Source of the DNA: Anthoceros angustus
Lineage: Eukaryota; Plantae; Anthocerotophyta
DNA: 64,000 nucleotides
Reading direction: 5' to 3'
NCBI GenBank assembly: GCA_010909165.1
Contig: MU008203.1
Span: 310,001 to 374,000 of the forward strand
Numbering within the stretch: the stretch's first letter is position 1; every line of letters starts with the position of its first letter. The notes beneath the pieces are model-generated. The model saw only the letters and a program-made list of their open reading frames with translations. It searched no databases and was not told the origin of the DNA. Made by a program: the position numbers and the translations under genes. Below are positions 53,161 through 64,000 of the stretch, piece after piece.

Positions 53161-53915
53161 AGGTGCAACAAAGGACGGTCCACACACGGAACTTGAGACT
53201 GTGGCATGGATAGGCTTGGGAGGGCAGCTCGAGGTGGGAGAGGACGGTCCAAGCGCATCAAGGGTGAGCCTGCATGGTGTCCGAAGACCACAAACCTCAC
53301 CGCAAAAATCGTGAAAGCAGAGGCAGGAGAGGGTTTGACTGGCCGCAAAGCGTAGCAAACACAAGATCCGAAGATGATGACGACGAAGACTCACGTTTTC
53401 CACAAGGACCAGCAGTACAATACCGATGATGCTTATTTATGATAACAACCCTAAACGCCCATGTTGCTGGTGGGGACGGGGACATCTCATAGCAACCCAA
53501 GATGGCTTTGGGGTGTCTGATGCGTGGGCATTAGAAGACGCCATTTAGTTGATAATATGACCATCCCTTTGGGATGTCAAAGAGCTGTAAGGCACACATG
53601 CTTTGAATGTCTATGCCATGTGGACCGCCAATTCCAAAGGCGATGAACACATTGCAAGTCCCGAGTCCGGGAACATTCCCGATGTTGATGTCCTTCTTGT
53701 GGAAAGCACAATTAGGTAGACCATATCCGTCCATGGACGTATGTTGTGGCTCGATAGTGGCCCGGCTTGAGGCATTGGAAGAACAACTTGAGGAAGGAGG
53801 CTAGGCATTTCTTGAAGGGCAAGAAAGCTACAAGTACGCGCCTAAGAGCCTTAAACGAGAGTATTGGGATGTTCTATTGAAACAAGAGAAGGACAAGCTA
53901 GACGTCATTGCTCCT

Positions 53916-55295
53916 AGGCAAACTTTCTAAGTCCTGACCCCATGACACTTCTCTCCATAACACGCTGATGGAAATCAAAAGTATATATAGACCCTTTCAC
54001 AGAGGACAAGCTAAGATCATAGTAATGCAAGAGTGTTGTGAGGAGGCCAACATTATGACTCCGAGAGCGATGTGTGAAAAATTTGCGTGTTATTATCGTG
54101 GGGAGAGTGTGTTTGTGCCACGATGTGCTCGGTCACTCCCGGTGTCTTCGTAGCTCCGGCAGCAAATCCCATGGCCAACTCTCTCTCTGTGGTTGTTGTC
54201 TCTCCGAAGGCCTCGTCATGTGTGTCCACCACAACGCTAGAGCCATGGCTCCTGAAGGCGTAAGACTTGGACTTGGACACAAAGGGCTAACTGCCATGTG
54301 ATGTCCTGCATGTTTACAGGGAAGTGCGGTGGCTTGTCGGTCTTGATGACTTGCTGGGCATGCCTTCCCGATGCTAGCACATCCTTGACAATATGATTAG
54401 GTCGCTTGGTAAACAACCTCGTACACTTCAAATGTTCCAAGGGAGCAAGGTTAGTCCACATGGACCTCAACCCATGAGCCCTCGAACCAAATTGAGCTAC
54501 ATCCAACAATAGCTCTTGACTCAACACTCCTCGGATCGTAGCAAATTCCTCATGGACTTGCGTCTTCGCGCTCATGCATGCTAGCACATTCTCCAACATG
54601 TATCCACAAGGCCTTTCTTGCTCTTTTTGGATCAAGCGCAAGATCCTTATCAGGTCATAGAACAATGCAACATGTTCGTGGGTCCTTCAGACCCAGACCC
54701 TTGCCTCCAGAGGAGAGTCCTTAACACTCCCAACCTGCGATGACAAGGTCCACTGCTTGCCCAAGACAACTCAAATGGGACAACCCTATCATGCGAACAT
54801 CCATCGCGCCGTAACCCTTCACTAACTCCTGTGTGAGGAGGTTAGGTACTCCCCATCAAGTCCCTCACGCGCTCGACACAATCCTTGCTTTTGGATCCGG
54901 GTCACAATGCACGATCTTCGCATTTTGATGCCAAAGACTGCCCAAGCCGTACTTATGCCTCCAAAGAGTTCCACCAACACTATGTTGTCTTCCCGAGGTC
55001 GCCATGTGATCACGTTGGTGTTTAGGTCACAAATAGGCTCAAACTTAGGCAAGAACTTGCGGCAGTTCTCCAGCTCATAGGACACTGGTCCTCTCGCACC
55101 ATCCTCCACCACTTTTGCACGGCTCATTGCTACAGTCACCGGCTCCGTCCAGCTGACTTGAAGAACTTCCTCTGAGGGTGGTTACGACCCTAGCTTGTGG
55201 TGGCGGACATGCCATACCTGCTTAAACCTCTTGGGGTGTGTCTGACAACCGTAGATGACCTAAGGGAGGATTTCAAGGAGGAGGAGGATCCCCAA
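53916..55295 (-). mobile_element. Second (partial, indel-rich) copy of the DNMT-bearing retroelement segment
   Basis: IVLVELFGGIST, AGWEC*G, FYDLIRILRL..GYMLENV, RSMWTNL and TERELAMGF; near copy of about 57160-58550. Confidence 0.85.
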
Positions 55296-55299
55296 ATTT

Positions 55300-55956
55300 G
55301 TTTATCGGTTTTAGTTCACACACAACACTTTTACAAAGGACCCTAATCCTAAACCCATTACTTTACAACGAGGTTCCATTACAACAGGGGTCGTTGTAAA
55401 GGGATAGTCCTTTACTACGAACCCTTTACAACGAGGTTCCATTACAGGGTCGTAAAGGTTTAACACATTTACAACCACCCCTTTACATCAAGGTTTAAAA
55501 GTCCGCTAAAGAGACCGCACTTTGACAACGGACATTTACAAGGTACGGCTTTATAGAGACCATTGAGTTTAATTAACCGTGGTTACTTAATACCAATCAG
55601 TATGGGGTCATGTAACAACAGTTATTTAATCCTAGTTAGTAAACTATAGTCAAGTAACCTTGATTACTTAACTATAATATATTAATTATGGTTAGTGAAG
55701 TTGTAAAACGCGCAGGTGCAGTAGTATTGTCGTAGTAAAGGCGCCTGTAAAGGTTACCCACTATACGGACCACCCAGTTAAGTCGTACAACGTATACCAG
55801 GACAATACCGTATATAATATAGGGTATAGCCATCGTATAATTAGTCTGAATATTTACTACGGATATTACTAAGGTGTGTTTACTACGAGGGTTTTACAAC
55901 GGACGACGTAAAGTCGTAGTAATTGCCGTTGTAAAAGACCCGTTTTCCTAGTAGTG
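55300..55956. mobile_element. Duplicate of the CACTA right end (subterminal repeats plus TIR)
   Basis: Copy of 52276-52925 ending GTAAAAGACCCGTTTTCCTAGTAGTG, followed by the same ATACAAAATG flank. Confidence 0.9.
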
Positions 55957-56500
55957 ATACAAAATGTTCTGCCACCGGATATCTCGATGTACGATACCGA
56001 TTATATGCCACTCTGATAATACTGTCAACACATCAGATAAACATGCAATTAACTCCACCGAAGTGATAGGAAACTTGTGTTCCCCCTGGACTGCAAGCCA
56101 CACAGTATACACATCATTATCAATAGAGGGCATTTTCTTCGTCAACTATTTTGCTGCACCATAAGCTCTTGTTGAGAAACCTTCGTATGCATGGCAACTC
56201 CAAGGTGCAATTGTTTTCTTCACATCACTCTTGAATCCTTCAACTGACCTTGTGATCAGACTCCCTCCATAAGAAATGCTCTCTGAAATGGTAATAACAC
56301 TTTGCTCCTAGGCAAACTTTCTAAGTCTGGACCCCATGACACTTCTCTCCATAACACGTTGATGGAAATCAAAAGTATATATAGACCCTTTCACAGAGGA
56401 CAAGCTAAGATCATAGTAATGCAAGAGTGTTGTGAGGAGGCCAACATTATGACTCCGAGAGCGATGTGTGAAAAATTTGCGTGTTATTATCGTGGGGAGA
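55957..56500 (-). pseudogene. N-terminal part of the HRDIRW-type kinase (best copy)
   Basis: VWLAVQG.HKFPITSVELIACLSDVLTVLSEWHIIGIVHRDIRWQNILY, with a stop-interrupted frame extending upstream. Confidence 0.65.
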
Positions 56501-57329
56501 GTGTGTTTGTACAAAGCGCCTCCAAGAAGACATCAAATGTGTCTGTGATCAATGACCAAGCAATGTACCTCGACAAAGGTGAAGTCAGCTGTTCTTGGTT
56601 TGAATGATCTTCAGCTTGTACCTCGTCACCCCCAACACATGCTCTGTGGTCCCGGCTGCGATCTGGATCTTCCACTTGGTTTCCTTCAACCTTTTTTGGT
56701 GGAGACCCAACGTTTCCTTCACTCTTCTTTCAACGATCACCGGCTGTGCTTCGGTGTCAATTAACACCCTCCAAGATGCGAATCCATTGATTTCAATGTG
56801 TCTCTCCTGATTGTTGACCAAAGCCACTCCCACTCGTGCACCATTCTGCTTCTTCACAAAGATGCTTGGTTCGGAGGTCAAGAATGACATCATTGCTACC
56901 GCTGGCACATCGTGGATACTTGCTGCCTTCAAGGGTTGTCAACATCCGCCGAGTCAAACCCCGACTTCCTTCACGCCAACCCCATGTCTTGTAGGCTAAA
57001 ACATGGCATCTCCAAGCTTTTGCGCAATCATCTCCGCTAGCCTATGCATGGCAACTCCAAGGTGCAATTGTTTTCTTCACATCACTCTTGAATCCTTCAA
57101 CTGACCTTGTGATCAGACTCCCTCCATAAGAAATGCTCTAAATGGTAATAACACTTTGCTAGGCAAACTTTCTAAGTCCTGACCCCATGACACTTCTCTC
57201 CATAACACGCTGATGGAAATCAAAAGTATATATAGACCCTTCATGCAGGACAAGCTAAGATCATAGCTAAGTAATGCAAGAGTGTTGTGAGAGGCCAACA
57301 TTATGACCGAGAGCGATGTGAAAATTATG

Positions 57330-59600
57330 TTATTATCGTGGGGAGAGTGTGTGCCACGATGTGCCCTGGCCACCCTGTCTCGTAGGCAAAGCAAATCCCA
57401 TGGCCAACTCTCTCTCGTGGTTGTTGTCTCCAAGGCCTCGGCCATGTGTGTCCACCACAACGCTAGAGCCATGGCTCCTGAAGGCGTAAGACTTGGACTT
57501 GGACACAAAGGTTGGCCAACCGCCATGTGATGTCCTGCATGTTTACAGTGGAAGTGGCTTGTCATTCTTGATGACTTGTCAAGCATGCCTTCCGATGCTA
57601 GCACATCCTGACAATATGATTAGGTCGCTGGTAAACAACCTCGACACTTCAAATGTTCCAAGGGAGCAAGGTTAGTCCACATGGACCTCAACCCATGAGC
57701 CTCGAACCAAATTGAGCTACATCCAACAATAGCTCTCGACTCAACACCCTCGGATCGTAGCAAATTCCTCATGGACTTGCGCTCGCGCTACCATGCATGC
57801 TAGCACATTCTCCAACATGTATCCACAAGGCCTTTCTTGCTCTTTTTGGATCAAGCGCAAGATCCTTATCAGGTCATAGAACAATGCAACATGTTCGTGG
57901 GTCCTTCAGACCCAGACCCTTGCCTCCAGAGGAGAGTCCTTAACACTCCCAACCTGCGATGACAAGGTCCACCTGTTGCCCAAGACAGCTCAAATGGGAC
58001 AACCCTATCATGCGAACATCCATCGACAGCGCCTTCTGGTAACCCTTCACTAACTCCCAGGTGAGGAGGTTAGGGTACTCCCCCATCAAGTCCCTCACGC
58101 GCTTCTGCGACACAATCCTTGCTTTCGGATCCGGGTCACAATGTACGTATCTTCGTACTTTGATGCCACGTTTCAGCACTGCTTCCAAGCCGGTACTTAT
58201 GCCTCCAAAGAGTTCCACCAACACTATGTTGTCTTCCCGAGGTCGCCATGTGATCACGTTGGTGTTTAGGTCACAAATAGGCTCAAACTTAGGCAAGAAC
58301 TTGCGCTTCTCCACCAGGACATCGGGTCCTCCACCATCCTCCACCACTTTTGCACGGCTCATTGCTACAGTCACCGGCTCCGTCCAGCTGACTTGAAGAA
58401 CTTCCTCTGAGGGTGGTTACGACCCTAGCTTGTGGTGGCGGACATGCCATACCTGCTTAAACCTCTTGGGGTGTGTCTGACAACCGTAGCTGACCTAAGG
58501 GAGGATTTCGATGAGGAGGAGGATACGGCCCCGAAATTTGTTTATCAGTTTTGCTCGAGCTTCTCCAACCTGGTCGAAAGTAGGCTATCTCCATCCACAA
58601 ATCCACCATGTCTCCAGGTTTGTACAAAGCGTCCGCTCCCAGTGAGACATCAAATGTGTCTGCATCAATGACCAAGCAATGTACCTCGACAAAGGTGAAG
58701 TCAGCTGTTCTTGGTTTGAATGATCTTCAGCTTGTACCTCGTCACCCCCAACACATGCTCGCTTCCCTACCAGCGATCCGATCTTCCACTTGGTTTCCTT
58801 CAACCTTTTTTGGTGGAGACCCAACGTTTCCTTCACTCTTCTTTCAACGATCACCGGCTGTGCTTCGGTGTCAATTAACACCCTCCAAGATGCGAATCCA
58901 TTGATTTCAATGTGTCTCTCCTGATTGTTGACCAAAGCCACTCCCACTCGTGCACCATTCTGCTTCTTCACAAAGATGCTTGGTTCGGAGGTCAAGAATG
59001 ACATCATTGCTACCTGCTGTGGCACATCGTGGATACTTGCTTCGTCTTCAAGGGTTGTCAACATCCGCCGAGTCAAACCCCTGACTGTTCCCACGCTCAA
59101 CCCCATGTCTTGTAGGCTAAAACATGGCAGCTCCAGAAGCCTTTGCGCAATCATCTCCGTCAGCAGTCTATGCATGGGTTTCTCCACATCGCCCACTCTG
59201 GACTTTGATGTTGCTCCCACAGTTGCTCCTGTTGGCAATAGCTTAAACGACTTTGGCATCTTGGCATAAGTTTGAGAAGAGGATCATGAAGCTTCCTTCC
59301 GCGTCTTCCACACTGCAGGTGTCAAGACGTTCTCTTCTTCCTCTGAGCTATCTTTTCTCGTAACTGCCAGAGGTTTCTTCCCCTTGCCCTTGAATTTGGT
59401 CATTATTGCCATGTATCCAAGCTTGTGCTCATCTTCTTTGTCCTCTGATGATGAACTGCTGCTCTCCCAAATGCAACAATTCAAGAGCACGGGCATCAGG
59501 ATGAGCATTGTAGGGACTAGAAATCCTGCCGTTCCTATGACCGTCTTTGTATTTATTCCTGTAAACAGCAATTACACATGCAGACTGCTGTTTACGGAAA
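57330..59600 (-). mobile_element. Ty3/gypsy-like polyprotein remnant: retropepsin followed by a DNMT3-like C5 DNA methyltransferase; RT/IN not present
   Basis: Protease VLIDTEAQPVIV (about 58880) and DTFDVSLG...VDLW.E..YFRPGW. Then MTase motif I VLVELFGGISTG (58230-58190), DVRMI, motif IV DLVIAGWEC*GLS (stop at 57940), LFYDLIRIL, motif VI YMLENV (57812-57804), motif VIII RAHGLRSMWTNL and motif IX ERELAMGF. No introns. Confidence 0.85.
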
Positions 59601-60700
59601 TGATGTGGCTAGCTGCATGCGCTTGATGTGCCACCGTGGCCTGCGCAAGCTAATCTTATTTGTACCTGCCTAGTTTTGTCATTCTATTCTTTTATTTCTA
59701 CTATTTACTCTACCCTTTTTACCATATGTTACAGCAGTCCTCCTTCTCTCAACGTCGCGGAGATTTTCCACAACCTCCTCGCCAACACGCCGCTTGCTAG
59801 GATCCCGGCCTTCGCTTTGCCTTCACTGCACTTCGCGACAGATTTTGCTTGCAATGTCGTAGCCTTCCTGCAATCGTGCACACTCCTCCGCCCCTAGCTG
59901 CTCAGCTTAGCTTAGAGCTTGCTCGCCTTCCTCCTCTTACACTCATGGCACCCCGGTCTATCAGGTTACGCTCAAAAGTGCGCGAAAACCCTGCCTAACC
60001 AGGGTTTTGAAAGTACATGCAAACTTAACCTGGATTTTCCCATTGCGCCCCATCGTGATGCACGCCATGTGTCTTCATCAGGGCATGAATGCTCTAACCC
60101 GATTTATCATATCTAGCCTACTTGACATGCATATATAGCCTATATGCATAAGTTGATAACTTCGAAGCCCAAGGAAGTTGCCTTCCTCGTCCTTTGAGAT
60201 AACTTACCCCCCCCTCCCTATAGAGATTTTTTTTGGACCAAGGACCATGGAGCATCTATCTGGAGCCTCAAAGTCCAAGGACTTTTTTTCTATGTAAATA
60301 TACCCTGCCAAAGACAAAGGACTTCCTACCGATATAAACGACCCTTACCATGGTTCAAGGAAGTTTTGTCCTTGATCCTAGCCTAAGTGTCAGAACCTTT
60401 CTCTCGGGTAAGTGTCAGACTTCCTACCAGGGTCCCCATATTACTAAGTACTAAACTTCCTACTGACGTCTTACTGACTTCCTACGGTATGTCGAATCGC
60501 GGCCCTGCTAGTTCGGACGCCCCCCGTCCATAGCTTCCTACCTGGAAGGTGTCTTTCTTTTAGCGTTGACGGGTTACTTACTCCTACTCCCTATAGCCAT
60601 CACTCCTCTAGATTCTAAGTGACCAAACTTTTTCGTTCCACACTCCTTCATGGATACTTCTGATAATCTCCATACATTGGCTTCCCTTCACCCAACGTCT

Positions 60701-60859
60701 CTTTTCTCCGTCCGGCCCCGATCACTGATTGCCTATGAGATGGAACGGTGCACTTGACCTCTTTTCTCCGTCCGGCCCCGATCACTGATTGCCTATGAGA
60801 TGGAACGGTGCACTTGACCTCTACTGATTGCCTACAAGATGGAACGGTGCACTTGACCT
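60701..60859 (+). repeat. 60-bp perfect tandem repeat x2 plus a partial third copy
   Basis: 60701-60760 is identical to 60761-60820; a 37-bp partial copy follows. Confidence 0.95.
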
Positions 60860-61116
60860 GTATCGCTCCCTATCTTCCCTATCTTCACTAGCTTGTAATC
60901 AAGGGTGCGGAGGATGCTCATGTTCTTTTTCTAATGTGCCCCGCACAGTACTAATACATCCATGCAAAAGTTTGATCTATACTTCATTCGATTGATATTA
61001 TGATTCATGTATTTTATAGGTATTATTGATGTGTAGAATAAATTCAACTAGGGTTAACCCAACGAGGGTCTCACTAAACCAGGCCTATCCCATTGTCACA
61101 TAGGCTTGTATTTGAC

Positions 61117-62959
61117 TCAATCCAACTTGAAATCTTGCAGCCCGATGAGAACCTCATTTCTCTGCAATCCACGGTTACATAGTCAGCCTGCAGACTAGAG
61201 CCTTCAGCAGATGAGACAAAGCTGGAGGAGAAAGGCACCTGTATGAAGTCCGGTGTACTGTTAGGATCATTGTAGCGAGCGAGCATGGAGCCTTCTTGTG
61301 GTACGAGGCCATCTTTGAGTAATGCAGCACGCAAATCTCTCTCCAATTGCCTCACTCGTTCCGGCGTTGGTTTGCCGCTAAACTTGAAAGCTGCCAGAAA
61401 TCCCCCATCAACAGGTCGGACCTCCACGTTGGCCGAGTTCGGGGCAGGTAACCTGATGCTTCAAATCCTGATTCAATGTGGGGAGTGGTAAAAACAATCT
61501 CTCACTGCTGGAGGAACTGATTACCTGGACAAATCGGCAGCCCGAGGCAGCACAATCTGGATGCGAGATGGCCCAGAGGTTTCCTCATTTCTCGTCTTGG
61601 TGAATACCGGCGTGGTCATTTTGAACTTCTCGCCCCCGACATTCTTGCCAAAGATGTAGCTGCAGATGGAAGGAGAGTGGTCAGATTCATGACTTGCAAT
61701 GCCCTGAAGATAGACATGGGAGATGAAGTACTCACCCAGCTATGTCATTAAATCCCTTGTTGCCTGCTAGCCCTTCTGAATCAGCCTCCACCACTAATAT
61801 CGGATCATACTTTCTTACCTGCATCCAACAGCAGCTTATGCCATATCTGCCATATTTTATGCCAACGTATGCCTTATACCATATCTGCACGTGAACCTAG
61901 CTTGCGGGCCTTGAAGTCATTAGCAGCAGATCCATAGAGGGGATCAACCTCATAAGCTGCAGCTCGTCTCAGAACTTGGTACCTTGGAGTCTCCAAGTCA
62001 GGGGTCTTGTAATAACGCATCTGCAGTAACACGTGTCCCAGTTCAGTCTGGTGACTATAACAGACAACGCAAATGGACACAGGTCTGGCCGAACCTCACC
62101 TGTCTGATCACATCCATGACGGCCTCGAGAGACAGGTACTCGTTGTTCTGAACGGAGTCCCACAGGTCCTGCACCAGGCAACAAGGAATGTATCATGGTC
62201 TAGAATACAGTCGAGTCATGCTTGATCTGGTGGACGCAACCTACCACATGACTGACGAATTTGCGAGTCTCCGCATCAAAGGTCATGATCGAGACACCAG
62301 TGAACACCAGCTTAGGTCTCCAAGGCAGCAGCTCGAAATTGAGGGTCATGGTCCACCGAGTTGTGATCTCATTGGGGCCTGTCTGCCAGCACCGGTACCT
62401 CTGCAAAAGCTTAGCACCTGGGCGGAAGGAATGCAAGAGCGAGCCTGAGCCTCGCAATGAAGGCTTCCTGAACCCAAACCTGGCGGACTGTGTGAAGCTC
62501 GAACAGGGGACGGAAGAGAACACGGAGCATGCCGATGTTGAACAGATACCAGTCCAGCGTCTCGTACCGGGTGAGTGGGTCCTTGAACACCACATTCTGA
62601 GCGTACATGCTCTTGTCTATCCCCTGCTCATCGAACAAGTGCACCAGGTCCTTCTCCAGAAACGCCACCAGTTCCTGTGCCACATCCTGGGGAGCCTCTA
62701 CATCCACATCCACCGCGTTCATCGGCCGAGGAGCTCCGCTGAATGCACGGCAGGTGAGTGACGCAGTGCTGCATTGCTCCAACACGGGAGACCTATTCGA
62801 ATTAGAGGAGACCGCTGCATTCTTGCTTAGTCTGAGGAAAGGACGACGCGAGGCAGCTACAGCTCTGCCGCGCAAGTTCTGCACTGCAGCCTGCTGCGGA
62901 AAGCCGTCAGGATTGCAAGACAGGAGAGATGGCACCCTGGAACTCGACAAGACAGCCAT
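61117..62959 (-). CDS. HBP5: Chloroplast SnoaL-like (DUF2358) + SOUL haem-binding protein, 8 exons, 411 aa
   Basis: Exons 62959-62480, 62382-62245, 62168-62100, 62020-61949, 61818-61736, 61659-61525, 61452-61239 and 61161-61117, all GT-AG and in frame. Peptides DLVHLFDEQGIDK, TTRWTM, KTPDLETPRY, GYIFGKN, MTTPVF, FSGKPT, ARYNDP and RNEVLI. Confidence 0.95.
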
Positions 62960-64000
62960 GTTGCACTGCACTGCACCCACGTCTGCTTCTCGACTTAAGC
63001 ATTTTTCCATCCAAGAGTGTTTCGTTTTTATGCGGTGGAGAGAAACTTGCTATAACGATCAGTTCACGTAAGAGAGAGCCAAAACAGTTACATCGTCGGT
63101 GTTCCAGAGCAGATCTCACTAGAGAAAACACGGTCAGGGACAAGTCGTCAAGGGTTCTGCGAAACATTGCTGAAACAACAGAGTTCCTCCACAGCCAGGT
63201 TTCATGAGCAAAAGGCACCTTTTTCTCCATAAATTTCAAAGAGTCCCGAAATCGCTATTCGAAAAACAGAATAGCTGTCAATTGCTTGTGTGGACCACGA
63301 AAAATGCCTTCAGAATGAGAGGCAAGCGTGACAAGATCCTTAACAGTTGGCAGACACATGTAAAACAACGGCTCCCTGGCAAGCTCTTAAGCAGAATCTA
63401 AATTCCAGAAGACCCTCCTGATAATTGGGTGACTTGTATACTTGCCTTCCCTAACAATGAGGTCCCGCTAGGCTTCAGAACTGCAGGTGCGTGGACTGAA
63501 AGATCTCGACGCACACCCGCACCTTCTGAGGGGTAGATGCTGTAGAGCTCCCACACTCCTGGCAACTCCTCATACGGACCGACCTCTGCGATGCTGGGCT
63601 TTTCCCCCACTGTGCACCGAGGTCGTGAAACAAGTCCCTCGTTGTGTCACACAAAGCTCTTTCACGCGCTGATATGACCTCTTGTCCGGCTTGAAGATTG
63701 GAGAAGCATTAACTTGGTATCACCACATGCCTCGGAGAACAGCTTGCCCTACAAGAGGGTCTTCAAACGAGGAGCAGAATCCAAACACCCTTCCTGGAAG
63801 CCCGCTCGGAGGATTACTAAACTCGTACATCCGCGTTCTCTGATATCTACTACTCTTCGCATCGTAGGGTTGTAGCTCTGAACCATCCATGAGGTCCCCC
63901 TCCGATGCCGGGAGCTCCTCTTGGGAATCGCATCCCTCAATTACACAGTTCACCTCATTGGTCCACCCTAGGCAGCCTACATAAGCAGCTAGCTAGCTAG

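Noticed and set aside
63398-63953. Short - strand ORFs at the right edge
   Set aside because: Stops in all frames and no recognisable domain.

Overview
Eukaryotic nuclear DNA from a seed-free land plant. It is most likely a hornwort (inference from short GT-AG introns, abundant PLS-class PPR genes and a decayed DYW:KP deaminase ending in DRH). Four genes look essentially functional: chloroplast TAB2/ATAB2 (-, runs off the left edge), a C2H2 zinc-finger/PARP-like protein (-), an 853-aa PLS-E+ PPR protein (+) and an 8-exon SnoaL+SOUL haem-binding protein (HBP5-like, -). Three of the four show apparent 1-nt frameshifts near the 5' end; in TAB2 and the zinc-finger gene these fall in G runs and are probably consensus errors. 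Between these genes lie many gene relics: organellar TrpRS, PNO1, Aladin, an ARM-repeat protein, an aspartic protease, several PPRs and an HRDIRW-type kinase. There are also nested transposons: RLE-type and zf-tailed LINE fragments, three Ty1/copia remnants (one full length with LTRs and TSD), and a CACTA element with TIRs and TSD. The most notable item is a Ty3/gypsy-like polyprotein remnant in which a retropepsin is followed by a DNMT3-like C5 cytosine methyltransferase (about 57.3-59.6 kb, partial second copy at 53.9-55.3 kb). The 53-57 kb interval is a mosaic of indel-rich copies joined at 6-10 bp microhomologies and may be an assembly artefact. All homology calls come from motif recognition by eye; no database searches were run.
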